Origin: Lytechinus pictus
Lineage: Eukaryota
Reading direction: 5' to 3'
DNA length: 64,000 bases
NCBI RefSeq assembly: GCF_037042905.1
Contig: NC_087251.1
Span: 42,968,001 to 43,032,000 of the forward strand
In this document: positions 1-14,049 of the stretch, piece after piece
Layout: each line of letters starts with the position of its first letter
How positions within the stretch are numbered: the stretch's first letter is position 1
The notes under the pieces: model-generated
Seen by the model: only the letters and a program-made list of their open reading frames with translations
What the model was told of the DNA's origin: nothing
Database searches by the model: none
Program-made: the position numbers and the translations under genes

Positions 1-956
1 CTTATCTTTACACAGGTGAGATTACCAGGGTCCCTTAACACAGAGGTTAGCGATTGATCGTATGATTATTTGTACATTATGGTCAATAAAATCAATTGCA
101 AAGATGTTCTTCCATGATGATGGCTAAGCTCTGTTTAATGGGCCCGGAAGACTTTAGTAGCATTCTCTCAATGCAGATTGACTGATATTGTTACGATATG
201 TAATCACCACAACAAATAACATGTAAATTTGATGAGGTTATTTTCCCTTTTATTATAAGGAGTAAAGCGAAGTAGATAAAATAACAAATTATCTTACCTA
301 TCCATCAGCGGGTAACTTGAAGAGATCAATTCTGTTATTATTTTCTATCCAAATGGGCTGGCAAAGAGTCGTTAAGTTAAAGACCACACTGCTGGCGATG
401 ATGAAATGGATGTTGAAAAGCGATGGGCGATCACAGTCACTGTACTGAGCTAAAATAAAATATCCTTGAAGACAAAGTCAATTTTGATAAACGGTTGATT
501 TCAGCATTCCATGGGTTGAACAGGTTGATGATCTCGAGGAGAACTGAGAATTCCTCTTTTAAACTAGTCGCTAATAGTTTGTTGATAAATGAGAATATCA
601 AAGGGGAAGTAGTTTGGTACCTGGAAGGATTAAGTCTTTCAATGAACTGAACAGTACAATCGATACAATTTTTTGCCATTTAATGATTGCAGATCCCATA
701 AAGTTAAATAATGTAAAATGCAATTATTAAAAAAAACATGGATATTACAAGTGGTACAATAAATGGGACTTTCCTCCTTTGAAATGAAATGGCTTTACAT
801 GAGGGGATAAGGAGCTCATATTTGAACATTGCATTGCTCGACTATTTATGCAGAGATGAATAAGTGTAAATATTCAAATAATATCTTTACAAATACTTTG
901 GATTTAATATTCATAATTTCACTGAAAAATATAGTTTTTGTTAAATGTGTTTGCAG

Positions 957-3900
957 AAATACCAAACTGGTTGGATGTGTATTACAAGGCTTCTCCCGAG
1001 CACGATCATAAGCTGAAGTGGGACCTGTTCAGACTGCCGGAGTTAGATGCATTTCAAGCCATGTTAACAAGGTTATATAAAGAAGATTTAAGAACAGTGG
1101 TAATGGACTATGAAGCTTACAGGCAATCATTACTCAGGGAGATTGAAAGGAGACATGTCAGGCAATTACATATACAGGTAGAGTGTTCAAGTCACGTTGA
1201 TTCACAGTTACTATTTAGGGCCCGGTTGCACAAAACTTAGGGATTAATCATGGGACTGATTTGTATTATTGACTGCATTGATTATAGTGTATGATCAATT
1301 TTAAAAATGAGCTCCAAATTCAATCGCTAAGCTTTATGTAACAGGGCCCTGTAGTTTTTTTTTTTATTATTATTAAATCTGTTTCATTATATGCATCTGC
1401 TCATTTAATTTCAATTTGCTGTTATACTGTTATTGCATTTTGAAACATAATGTATGGTTTTTTTTTCTTCTTTGGTCACTGCATGTTATATATTTGTTTT
1501 CTCTGTTATGTGTTTTTGTTTGTAAACTCACATTTTTAATCTTCGGACTTTTTGATGAGTATTTTTGAGGAAAAAACCGAAATGAATTTGAATTTTTATT
1601 TCAAAGCTCCAAGTTAAGTTTATGATAACTTTATATCACAAGGGCTTGAATACAAGACAAAACGAAAGTGTGATTCTTCATTTTGAAAATCGAGTTGAAT
1701 TTTGATTTAATTTATTAAACTCTTTTAAACAAGCGATTATTTAGATGTTTTGAATTTTAGATAACAAACTTCAAATCATAAATCAGTAATATGACGATAG
1801 AGTCTTTAAAAGAACAAATTCAGATGACATTATCGGCATAGAGATTTGAATGAAGACTTAAAGGAGAATGAAATCTTTGGAACAAGATAGCTTGTGTGAA
1901 AACAGAAAAATCAAAGAAACAGATCAACGAAAGTTTGAGAAAAATCGGACAAAAATGAGAGTTATAAGCATTTGAATATTGTGATCACTAATGCTATGGA
2001 GATCCTCACATCGGCAATGCGACAAAGATGTGTGATGTCACTTGTGAACAACTCTCCCCATTACTTTAGTATATATTTCACTTAAACTGCCTCTTTTTTG
2101 TCTCGCCTGCATAGCAGAGCGAGACTATAGGCGCCGCTTTTACGACGGCGGCGGCGGCGGCGTCAACATCAAATCTTAACCTAAGGTTAAGTTTTTGAAA
2201 TTACATAATAACTTAGAAAGTATATGGACCTAGTTCATGAAACTTGGACATAAGCTTAATCAAGTATTACTAAATATCCTGCCTGAGTTTCAGGTCACAT
2301 GACCAAGGTCAAAGGTCATTTAGGGTCAATGAACTTAGACCATGTTGGGAGAATTATTTTCAAAATCTTAACCGAAGGTTAAGTTTTTGAAATGACATCA
2401 TAACTTAGAAAGTATATGGACCTAGTTCATGAAACTTGGGCATAAGGTTAATCAAGTATTACTGAACATCCTGCTTGAGTTTCAGGTCACGCGACCAAGG
2501 TCAAAGGTCATTTAGGGTCAATGAACTTTGGTCAAGTTGGGGGTATTTGTTGAATTACTATCATAACTTTGAAAATTTATGGATCAATTTCATGAAACTT
2601 GGACATAAAGTTAATCAAGTATTAGTGAACATCCTGCCTGAGTTTCAGGTCACATGACCAAGGTCAAAGGTCATTTAGGGTCAATGAACTTTGGCCAAGT
2701 TGGGGGTATTTGTTGAATTACAATCATAACTTTGAAAATTTATGGATCTAGTTCATAAAACTTGGACATAAGAGTAATCAAGTATCACTGAGCATCCTGT
2801 ACGAGTTTCAGGTCACATGACCATTGTCAATGGTCATTTAAGGTCAATGAACTTTGGCCGTGTTGGGGGTATTTGTTAAATTACCATCCTAACTCTGAAA
2901 GTTTATGGATCTAGTTCATACAACTTGGGATATAAGAGTAATCAAGTATCACTGAACATCCCCTGTGAGTTTCAGGTCACAAAACCAAGGTCAAAGGTCA
3001 GTTAAGGTCAATAAACGTAGGCCATGTTGGGGTAATTGTTGAATTGCCATCATAACTTTGAAAGTTTATGGATAGAGTGAATGAAATGTGGACATGGGTG
3101 TAGTTGACAAGTCTTAAGTCACCGTTCAAATGTCATTTATGGTCAATGAACGTGGTATTATATCATTATATGAATGGTGTTTTTGTGAATGATTATTTTA
3201 TAGTAGTTTTCAAAGTTAGCACTGCTGCTATATTAAATCGCGTAATGCAGGCGAGACTGCCAGAGGCGTTCCACTTGTTTAATCTATCAGTAGAGCAAAT
3301 ATTCTTTCTATAGGAGGGCATGTAATACAGATTTTTAAAGAATACATCATGGATAAAGAGTTTGTATCACCATAAGAAAAAGTAAAAAGAGACATTTTGG
3401 GGGTATTTTATAGTCCATCAAAGGGAAAGTTGTTCACATGTGACATCACACATCCTTGTTGCATTGCCAATTGGAGGATCTCCATAGCATTAGTGATTGT
3501 AATATTCAAATGCTCATAACTTTCTCATTATTTGTCCGATTTTTCTCAAACTTTCTTTGTTCTTGTTCTTTGATTTTTCTGTTTCGGCACAAGCCTACTT
3601 GTTCCAAAGGTTTCATTCCCCTTTAATTATTCATGTCACTGATTCATGATTTAAATGAAAAACTCTGAAATATCTAGTAATTTTTCCGATCAAGATCCAT
3701 GCTGATTAATGGAATCGAAACATGAATTCGGGAGGACTTTGAGCATTATTTTGCATAAATTGTGTCTTGCTTTCCTTTTGAATGCAGATTATGCTCTTGA
3801 CTGGTAGATAGGGATCGTATGTTGTTTCTTTAACCTATGAGCTGAAAATTAAGCTATAGAATGACCTTTTTTTACAGCAACAACAGATAGCATACCAGCA

Positions 3901-4180
3901 ACATGGCTACCCACAACCTGCTCAGGCTCATGGCCACCACCCACAACAACAACAGCAGCAACAACAACAAGAGCAACAACAAAGACCAGTTGGCCAACTC
4001 AATCAGCTCCAACAACATCCTGGTCTCAGGCAGCAACATGAACAGCCGCAACAGGCATTATCCCACCAGCAACAACTTGCCATATTATACCAACAGTTGT
4101 TAAAGCAGCAGCAGCAACAGCAACAAAAACTCCATCAACAGACACATGGTGCTAAAGATAGTAGGGAAACAAGGATATGA
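957..4180 (+). CDS. SAV1: Salvador homolog (Hippo pathway scaffold), last two coding exons: join(957..1177,3878..4180); upstream WW-domain exons lie outside the window
   Basis: Exon 957-1177 (ttgcAG acceptor, GTagag donor) encodes EIPNWLDVYYKASPEHDHKLKWDLFRLPELDAFQAMLTRLYKEDLRTVVMDYEAYRQSLLREIERR. This matches the SAV1 pre-SARAH/SARAH region as I recall it (EIPxWL...LKWxLFxL..LD.YQ.ML...YEAYRQ.LL.E). A phase-0 intron leads to a tttttacAG acceptor at 3877, then 100 open, Gln-rich codons to TGA at 4178-4180. Confidence 0.9.
1858..3626. mobile_element. TTAA-flanked MITE (Kolobok/T2-like, TTAAAGG...CCTTTAA) in the SAV1 intron, interrupted by a tandem-repeat element
   Basis: Long imperfect inverted termini ttaaaggagaatgaaatctttggaacaag / cttgttccaaaggtttcattcccctttaa. 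Related copies at 32672-33263 and about 54930-55406. Confidence 0.8.
2095..3278 (+). mobile_element. Helentron/DINE-1-like non-autonomous element with internal tandem repeats (one 192-bp unit, then ~163-bp units)
   Basis: Inserted in a T run with no TSD. 5' hairpin gtctcgc..gcgagac, (GGC)n microsatellite, tandem units containing gaccaaggtcaaaggtca, 3' subterminal inverted copy gcaggcgagac. A second copy is at 29432-30385. Confidence 0.75.
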
Positions 4181-4399
4181 AGAGGTCAGTCTTGATTAAA
4201 TCCGTTGATGGCTTTAGTTGTATGGGACAACTGAAGTCAACATGCAGGTTGATACAATAAGAATTGATAGCATCATTAATATCCTTATTACTTCACCCAG
4301 GTAAGACGAGAGACCTGCACATGCAGTACATACGTTGATGTAATCAACTTGCAATTTGCAACTTGGATATATGTAAGTGGTGTTGATGGTGGTAACTTT

Positions 4400-4750
4400 T
4401 TACCTAAATGCTAAAAGAGAGCATGAAGGCTTGTAAGCAAGCAACTAGATGACCGAAGGCTTAAGATCCTCTCCAGGGGACCTGGGGAGCGTTTCATCAA
4501 CATTTCTGTCAGAAAATTTGTCAGGTCTGACAACTTCTCTTGATTTTGATTGGCTGAAAAGCACTGTTCCTACGGTAACTTGTATAAAACAGGACTTGTC
4601 AGATAAAACGTCCGACAATTCCTTTGATGTAACGCTCCCCTGGTAATAATTGCCTTACCAAAGGGAACTATCGCACCAAGTGGTGATTGGAGCCAGGTCA
4701 CCGAAATCTGAAACCCCCGCTCTACCAACTGAGCTATTGCACGTCCACTG
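4400..4750 (-). mobile_element. Degenerate tRNA-derived SINE interrupted by a small fold-back MITE (about 4484-4640), downstream of the SAV1 stop
   Basis: Minus strand reads tagctcagttggtagagc (box A-like). The MITE termini are ggggagcgtttcatcaa / tttgatgtaacgctcccc. Confidence 0.55.
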
Positions 4751-5712
4751 ACTGAGCTATGAGGCCTCCAGTAATTGACAGGAATAAATCAAATCAATCC
4801 ACTGCTTTTCTCCCATTTCGCTGTTATTGATTTTTCCTTGACTTCCCATTTATACCTTGTTCTTGTCTTAATTCTTCTACTGCGTATGTATGTAATAATA
4901 TTTTTTCTTTTTCCATGTTGGCTAATGCAGTCTTTCTATTATCCAAAGATAATTGTTCGTATTTTTTTTCTTACCCCGGTAAGTCTACCCACTGGAGGAA
5001 AGTAAGAAACATGTTACTTTTTAACGAGAGGCTTTATGAATTTGGTTGTTTTTCTGTCACAGAACCTTCTTTTAGAGAAATTGAAAAATAAAGACTATTA
5101 ACATTATTTGTCAGGGACTTATTACTAGTTGACATAAATAAATATTTGATATAGTGAAATTGTTTCAGTTTTGATAATGTAATTTGAATCTCAAGATCGT
5201 CCTGTATTCATCAGTATTGAAATTTGACTAAATTATTTAGTTTTGTTTTTTTAAGTATGACAACAATAATTTGAAGTATCTTGATGTTGAAAATCTACTG
5301 AACAGATATTGGGTCTTCAGTGCATTTTTTCTCATATTATTGTAAATACATGGAGGTTTTAATATGTATCAAAGAAAAAATGAGATCTCACCAAGGGTCC
5401 GTTTCTGAAAAGGACTTACAATTGTGGTAACTTTGTCATTCTGGTAACTTCTTTAGTGACATAGCTGTATAGCAACCAATCAAAATCAACGTCTCTAGGG
5501 TAGTCCATGTCAGATGGGCATGGCTTTCATGGGGAGTGGTTTATTTGCTGACCCCAGACTATGTGAAAAGCATTGGAGTGCCTTGCAACCGAGACATCTT
5601 TGGAGGACAGCAAACTCGGTGTACCACTGGGAAGTTCTTCAATGAAGCCTGATTGGCATTGTACAATTGTCGGGCCAGGGAAAAGAGAGATGATGACTTT
5701 ACCATACAGGCA

Positions 5713-6173
5713 CAGAGATGCCAACCGTTACGGATTCGCCGTATTTGTTCTTATTTTATTCCTCCAATTACGGTGTTACGGCAACAATAAAAAGGTTACG
5801 GAAAAAACAACTACAATACATGTGTATTGTGTATTGCTTTGCTGTGCATGTGTATATATGCGTGTATTGTGCATGTATATGCGGGTATTGTGTATACATG
5901 TATCGTGCATGCAGCGTGTGTGTGGCCAACGGTAAACCAACGGGAGTTTCTCTACTGAGATTTCTATTGCAAGCGCCTCCGCGCGCTGCTGCTGAATACA
6001 CAGCGAAGTGCGGAGTGCAAGCCGCGGTTCATGCATGCACAATGTCAATGGCGATTGGGTGGTTGAGCATATAAACGATGCTACTTCGCGGGATGTTCCT
6101 GAGAAACTCCCATTTGTTCCTGACAAATATGGTAAATATTCCTGACAACCATCCCTTTAGGTTGGCATCTCTG
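5713..6173. mobile_element. hAT-like MITE with perfect 14-bp TIR and 6-bp TSD
   Basis: TIR cagagatgccaacc / ggttggcatctctg, with caggca duplicated at 5707-5712 and 6174-6179. Confidence 0.75.
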
Positions 6174-9100
6174 CAGGCAATATCCAATGGCATTACACAA
6201 CGTTTGCTGGTCATAAATCTTGTTGTAGTTTTGGTGATTTATATACAAATGGCTTCAAATTTTTCATGAAAATGCACGATAATCTGCCTTTGAAATAATG
6301 GCAAAGTTATCAGAATTTTAAATCCCTATGGAATGAGGCCCGAAACCTTAATAAGGAAATGTCTTGAAAATATAAACCCTTACTTTCTCCTGCATGCTAG
6401 CTTTACATTTTTGTAGCTGGAAAAAAAATATATTAGCATTATTTGAATTCATGGTTGTTGACGCTAAATTTTCTTATCTGTATGAAAATAATTGTAAATA
6501 CTTAATGAAAGATTTATAATTGTCATCTTGTGCCAAAGGTGTATATATTCTTCCATATTTATAAGCTCTAAGTCACCTTGTATGGTCATAAATCTATAAT
6601 ATTTGTTGTAATGTGAGTCTTAAGTGTGATAGTATCTTTGAATTATGTTTTATATTTTTATAGACCTATGTATATTATGATGAATTCTAACCATAATAAA
6701 ATACAAGAGGATTTTAAAGACCTGAGTAGTAGCAGAACAGTGGCACATATAATGTGAACCACAATGTATTTTACTGGTTCACTGCCCCCCCCCCCCCCAC
6801 AGAATGTGTACCGGTATTTCATGTGGGGAAATCATCGAGTAGAGGAATTATCCTGGAAAGATGATGTTGTTTTGATAAATTTTGTTCTGATGATGCAAAA
6901 GCCAGGTTAATAAATACCCAGAAAGCAAGTTTGAATTATGAATTCTTTGCTCTGTTTTCTCCAAATCAGATGAATACCGGTAAGCACTCTTTTAATGTTG
7001 TAAAATAATGCGAAACCCTTACTTTAATTTCTGCCATAAGTACCTTCGAATCAAAAGAAAACAGACAACAAGTATGTGTAGATATATGTCTTAATATGTT
7101 GTTCTCTTGTACAATTAGCCAGTACTGATTCTCTATTTTCTTAATGAACTGTTACCAACTCAAAAATGCACCTACGTGTTCATGTATTGGAGTAATTCAA
7201 CATTTTAGCATGATTATGTGTATGAATGTATATGGGATATATTATTTGAGATATTGAAATACGTATTCAAGTTTCAACTTTTAAGGAAAGGTGTTTTAAT
7301 TTAGATGAGATCTGTCAAATTTTATATTTAAATTCATTTGTACTTTCTGTCCTGTCTTTATAAAAATATAGTAATTATTCCATGAAATTATTAATTTTTC
7401 TAATATATTATTATCTCATTATTGCTTGTTATCATATAAGTTGTAAAATAATAATATAGAGCATTTCATTGTTTAAAATATCTACATTTGACTTCATGTA
7501 CATGTAAGTTGTACCGGCAATGGTTCCTTTTGTGTATACTTCTCATGATCTTGTATGACTATGAATTGTACCAATGATGATGATTAATTTGCCTTTTCCA
7601 CATTGTGTACCCATTGTATTGAATAAGTTGAATTTCCTATTGTCTACCAATGATGACAAGGGCTTTCATCTAAAGTGCTTTCCCCTCCTATGCTGTTGTT
7701 TGTCATTTTTAATAGCAGTAGAAAATGTAATAAAGATGTAATATGACTTGAACTGTTTAGCCTCGGAAATCTTAGTTAACAAAATCCCAACAAATTAAAA
7801 GTTTAACCAAAAGCATGATGCTGCGTTTTGAGTATTTTTTTGCAGAGGCCAAAAAAAAAACCACCTGTAACTAACAGACCTTATGCGTTGATGTCTTTTT
7901 GCTGTCATCTTCGAGGTTTATTAAGCCGTTGGCCTTGCATGTGCGGTGATTTGCAGCTGGCGCATCTCTGACAACTCTGTTTGTGCATATTTTCTATATC
8001 CTCTGAGGGAGGGCGCTATGAGATTATGACATCATATGCATAAAGGTCTATGGTTTTTTTTTTCATTTTTGATGGATCTGACAGTAAGAAATAAGAAGGC
8101 AGTAGAATTAGTTGATGAGAGAAAAACAAGAAAGACTTCAAAGCCTCATAAGAGGTTCCTGATAGGAATGTTGCAAAAGAGAACTAAAATAACAAAAGTG
8201 AAATAGGAGGATATTGCAATCAAGGAAAGACTCGGATAGGGGTGATTCTAGAGTAAATGTACCCAAATGTTAATTTTACCTGAAAGTTCAATATCTTTTT
8301 ATATTAGTTCCATAGGTGAAATGGTTGTTTTATATCTTTTGAATATATGTGAATTTATCGTATGTACCCAACAAAATGGTAATTTATGTGGCTCATGTTA
8401 AATTCTAGTGTGTACATTTAACTGAAATAATATATTTTCCATCCTAAACCTTTACCCAGTGTATGTGACTTTCAGAAGAGAGAAACATACCCACCGAATT
8501 TGTACGATTTAGAAATTTCCTTATTATGATTGTTTAGAAATTTAAGAATATAATTATCATAAATGGCCTTACTGATATTTGTACGAAAAATATGTTAATG
8601 CCTTTCTGTCCTTTTTCTTCTTCCTGTCCAATTTCTTTTTTTTTAATTCTAAATTTGATGTACTTGTAATATACAAATATGTATCAACTGGATGTTATGT
8701 ATGTCTGATGATCTAAGTGCAATTGGTTGTATTCTTTTTTTTTTCTCTCTCTGTAATTGAATTCATTAATGGACCGTAGAACCTGCAGCCAAACAAGGGC
8801 TGTATTCAACTTGATCCTGTCATAGATATGCCTGAAGTTTGTATACAAATAATAAAGCGGCCAGCCATTGCCAAATCATTGGGAAATTGAATCAATACGA
8901 AATTTGCAAAAGGCCAAATGACTTGCATAATATAATCCGACCGTCATGAGAGCCCGTCCAACTAATGCGATAAAAGTTCGGACAGCGCAAATTTGACCGA
9001 ACTCGTGATCGTTATTTACTTCGGGTTGTCGCAGTTCTAGTTTCCAACAATCCCAATTCCTAGACTCTTAGCAGGTCTCTTGATTGCTAAACCAAAATAA

Positions 9101-9336
9101 ATATCCTGTGTGAAGTTACGTGTTTCAAAGTGAAAACACGCAGTTTACTTCTGGTTGGATAGTCTACTAACTATTGCTCTCCTATATTAGACCTCCCAGA
9201 CATGCCATGGTCTATTACATAACATCCCCCAGGCATACAGCCGAGTGAAAGACTTTTATCCCTTCTCTGTTCTGAGATTGGCCTTGATTTCCCCATGATT
9301 TGTCGATGGAAGGTCGCTTTAAGCACTGGTTTGAAG

Positions 9337-9615
9337 CAGGGTGACTTTAAAATAGGCCAGTCTTTACCTTTGCCACTGTATAGCTACATGGATTCTGAAA
9401 CACTGTCAATCAAAGATTCTGTTGCATCAATTGACTCTAAACCTATGTAGGGGCAGGGTGACTTTAAAGATAGGCCAGTCTTTACCTTTGCCACTATGTA
9501 TTAATGTAGCTTCATGGATTCTGATATACTAGATTTGTAGTTTTTTTGGGCGAAACCAAAACACTGTCAATAAAAGAGTCTGTTGCATCAATTGACTCTA
9601 AACCTGTGTAGGGGC
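9337..9615. repeat. Local tandem duplication of a ~120-bp segment
   Basis: gcagggtgactttaaa..ataggccagtctttacctttgccact...tctgttgcatcaattgactctaaacct occurs twice in succession; the second copy has small insertions. Confidence 0.75.
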
Positions 9616-10026
9616 TATCTTTGAAGGAGATTGAAACCGTTGGAACTAGTTAGCTTGTGTGAAAACAAAAAAAAAATCATGTACCGGTAAGTGGAATCAA
9701 GTACACACATTTTATCTATTATATTTTTAAAAACTTAGTAAAATACTACTTTTTATTTAATGGTAAGTAAGTAATACAACAGATTTGTATATTTTATTGC
9801 AAGTTGAATGATACACTTCTAATAAGGTTATTTCTGATATCCCAAAATCTGTTAAATTCTTGTAAATTGAACTTAAGAAAGACTAGTACCAGTACTTATG
9901 TTATGGTAGCAGTGAGGAAATGGATGATAACTTATTTGTACAAAGTATTACCTCATATATGAGCATGTATTTCAAGGCTCTCCCTTAACTTTTTTTCTAT
10001 GGTTGCCAGCTGGGCAACCTATAATA

Positions 10027-10435
10027 GGTAAATTGCCAATTCGTCTATTGCCAACTCGTCCACTCATCAAATGACCTACCTTCATTTAGTCTAATACTAT
10101 TACTAGTCCATCATCATTTCAACAACCACTTGTTCCAATAACCATTTGGTCAAATCATCATTCCGTCTAATCACCAGTTCATCTATGACCATTTCGTCTC
10201 GTAACCAGTTGGTCTAATATCCATTTTTATTTTCATTCATTTCGCCCAATTATTAACACTTAGTCCAATAAGACAAAATGGTGTATGGACTAAATGGCTA
10301 TTGGACCAACTGGTTATTAGACGAAATGGCGAGTGGACAAAATGGCAATTAGACCATGTGGATAGTGGACGAACTGACGGTAGACCAAATGATAGTAGAC
10401 GAGTTGGTAATTGGACAAATTGGCATTGGACCAAT
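10027..10435. mobile_element. Fold-back element built of short degenerate subrepeats
   Basis: The left half repeats ttcgtcta/ttggtcta-like units; the right half repeats their complements (tagacgaa/tggaccaa). Confidence 0.6.
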
Positions 10436-13400
10436 TGAAAATAAACCCTATAATATACTCGTAGTATACTATAGATTGCCTGGCTGGCTTTTTTGTATGC
10501 AAATACATGGAAATGAACACTAGCTAACACATGATTAACTAAAAGTAGTGTTTCAAGTATGCAAATATTGAGTTATGCTTTTAGTAGCGAATCAGATTTT
10601 CTACAATTATTGAAGGTTTAACATGTCCACTGAAACAAATTTTACCAACTTTAGACTGTAACTACAGTACCTGAGATGCTGTCCATTGTCAAATCCATAG
10701 TCTGCAATAAATTTCAAATGTTAATTAGAATCTTCTTTGCATACAATTATATTTTGATGAGTGGAGGTGACTTTATACATCAGTTCCAACAATCCGTTGG
10801 TCAATCGGCCTTCTATTTGTGATTCTGTTTCTGAAGTATCGTCAAGACCCTTTAAGCTCACGTACAGAGATTTCACCAGTATGACATTTTTTTTTCATAT
10901 GTTAAGGCCTAAACAATGAGGGGACATTACAGAAATGGCGGTTAATATAGAAGGATCAAACTCAATGGGATCCATTATTCAGCTCTTTTACTATTAAAGC
11001 AAACATTGAATTACATTTACTGTGAGAAATTCTGGGAATCCTAATGCTGTTCATTTCTGTCAAGTATATTTTCAACAACTACTCTGTTGATTGTTTGAAA
11101 AATGAACTTTGTTCATGTATATATTTTTTTAGAAACATATATTGAATCAAATGTTCTTCAAAACAGTTGAAATTTCCTTATTAAATATTATTTATCTATG
11201 GACCCAACTTTTTATTGAGTACTGTTTTAAGAATATGGTCATCATTCTTAAAATTTAATAACTGTTAGGCAATCGCTGACTGTACGACAAAGAAGTAATT
11301 GGCGCTAATTGTTCACCAGAACAAATAACTACAAAAAATAGCTTGGGCTCTTGTTGATTTTCTTGTTTTTGTATTTTTCCTAACGTATTGGTATTTGGTT
11401 ATCACTTATCAATGTATCTAGTACTCATTTTAATCCAAAGATGTTTTCTACCATGTACAATATATTTGTGATATTTATATGGAGGATCTATGGGATGAAA
11501 CGTGTTGGCAATAAAGCATTATTATCATCATTGTTATCGTCATGTATTAAAAACACATTAAAGGAAGTAAAAGCAGATGAATAGCATAGAATGTGTCTTG
11601 TGTCAGTATAATTTTTCATCAATTTGTATGATATATTCATAATTGCGACTAATTGACTGTTTTCCACCCTTGTAAAAAGTTTGCTTGCGAAAGACAGTTC
11701 TAAATAGGGCTAGCATACAAAATTGAACAATGTGAATAATAAATAAGTGTTTGGTACCACAAAATCGTAAAATAGCCTTAAAAACGGACATACTGAAGCT
11801 TTTCGACTCGCACTCGTCGGAGTAAAATTGCATGAATGACTAGAATGCTAGAGCGAAACAATATAGAACTGAAAGTGACAATGGACGCTAAACAGCTCAC
11901 CGTTCAGCGTCCATTGTCTCTCACGGTTCTATTGTATTGCTCCACTCAATCTTTTCGTATACAATGATAGTTCAATTTACATAAATAATTTATAAATCAG
12001 TGCAATTCACAGCAAATCGTTTTAAATTGTAATAATACTGCCGCTAAATAAGACTCCTAAAAGCTTATTATATTGTCAAGTCTTAGAGTTTTTTTGTTTT
12101 TCATTTTGATAGGATATTGTGTCCTGTAAGTTGCCTGTTGTAAAAAAAAAAAAAGTACTCTTATTGTCACCTAAAAAAAAAACATCCATGAAGGGTGTAT
12201 TCCAGGGGGGGGGGGGGGTCTGGCGAATCGGACTAGGAAAGGGTTGGGGTGTTGCCCCTATATCTGATAACTCTTACTGAAGTTGCAATGAAACGAGGGG
12301 CTTAAAGGACTAGACAACATTTTGCAAATTGGAGTGCTTGGGAACTGAATTTAACATGAAATGGGGGTCTGAATGACCACACATAGCTGCCCTCCCCCCT
12401 CTCCCGGAGCAATGTATTAAGAATGCATGCATGAAAAACACAACTTTTGGTCCCATCAACGGATTTGGATCTAACAAGGTGGTACTTAAGCAACACTTAA
12501 TTCCTCAAATAATTTTTTAGGAGGTGGGGTATGAGAGAAATTGCATATTGCACGGATGATTTTATTTCTTGAAATACCAAAAAAAAAATCCACTCATTGC
12601 ATACAAATATCGCAATGATCTACAATTCATGCAACATTAATCATAACTTGTGGAATAACTCTGGTGTCTCATTCTTAGCCATCCCGGCAATATATATATA
12701 TATATGTAATATAACACTAGATTGGTGTAATAATGATATACCAGCCTGTTGGAAAATGACCATGAATGATCACAAAAATTAGAAGATTTTAAACTTGTTC
12801 AAAAGCATGTCGTCTTAGTTGAAAGAGAATTTCTTTTCATACATTAGATTTGGCAATAATGGTTGCCTGACATAGCAACAAAAACTAAATTATTGCAGAA
12901 AATATAAAAATTCAGTTCCAAGTAGGAAAACATAATTGAGGGGGTCGGTGCAATATAGCGTTAAACCACACTTTTGTGGAAAATGAGTTACATGCATTTA
13001 CACTATCCTAAATCACTTCTCTACAATCCCTAAAAATGCCGTCATCTTAAAATTCATCCAATAATTGGGTCTATTAATGCAGGCATGCTTTTCCCACGAA
13101 AAAAATCACATCTTTTAAGCAGGAATAGTGCTAAGCCACTCTTTTCAAGATGGCGGCCACCGTAGTAGCAGACAGCAAGGTGTTTGAAACAAAATTAATT
13201 GAGGAGAGTTAGCAGACTGTTTCATCAAAGAAATTAGTGATTCTGAATTCTGATTCATCATATAACTTCTGAAAAAAAGGAGATGATTTAAGCATTGCGA
13301 AAATTAAAGCATTTGATTGGTAATTTTTGCTACTTTTTTTTTACTTTTGGGGTTAATTAGCACTATTTTCATGCTAAACCTATTAATAATGACATTTTTT

Positions 13401-14049
13401 ACTAGTTTGAGTCCTGTTTCTTGAACTTAAATAACATAATCATAGGAGCATTTTAGCATTGTGTCTTAAGATAAAACAAGAAAATTAGCCAACATGCATT
13501 TATATATGCTGACTTTCACTACATTCTTTTTACAGGAGGTATTGAATACCACTCGGGAGGAAGAACTGAACCCTCTTAAACTACAAAAAAGGGGAAAAGA
13601 TTAAGAAATGTTGATCAGTGGAAGCCAGCAAAGACAAAACGCCGATATGCAGGAAAGCGATATACAAAGGGAACAAAATTATTGGGAGAACCATACGCTT
13701 GATGTCCAATAAATTGATGGAGCAGCTATAGGCACGGATCCATGGGGGCCAAGGGGCACATGACATTAAAGACTGATAAAGAAAACTAGGAGGGCCTATA
13801 TCTTCTTTAGAGTTCTAATTTCATGTTGCAAAGCAGATAAATTTAAATGTAACATTTATTCCACATTTTGAGCGAGGATGCATTTTGTGGTGGATTTATT
13901 GTGACGGATTTGGCTCAAGTGGTAATAATTATAATCCACCAATTATAAAATGTGATTAAAAATATCCTCTTGAAATCAACCAAAATCATAGGCCTACTTG
14001 ATTTGTAAATTTCTTCAACAGACTATTTAATCTTGAGTATTTAGAGATA

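Noticed and set aside
437..679. 80-aa minus-strand ORF in the SAV1 intron
   Set aside because: No recognisable homology or supporting splice structure; possibly an old TE fragment.
3903..4103. Asn-rich ORF
   Set aside because: It is an alternative frame of the Gln-rich SAV1 last exon; splice phase supports the Gln frame.
12960..13800. Possible transposase remnant or exon (acceptor near 13534)
   Set aside because: Short, interrupted frames with no identifiable domain or confirmed termini.
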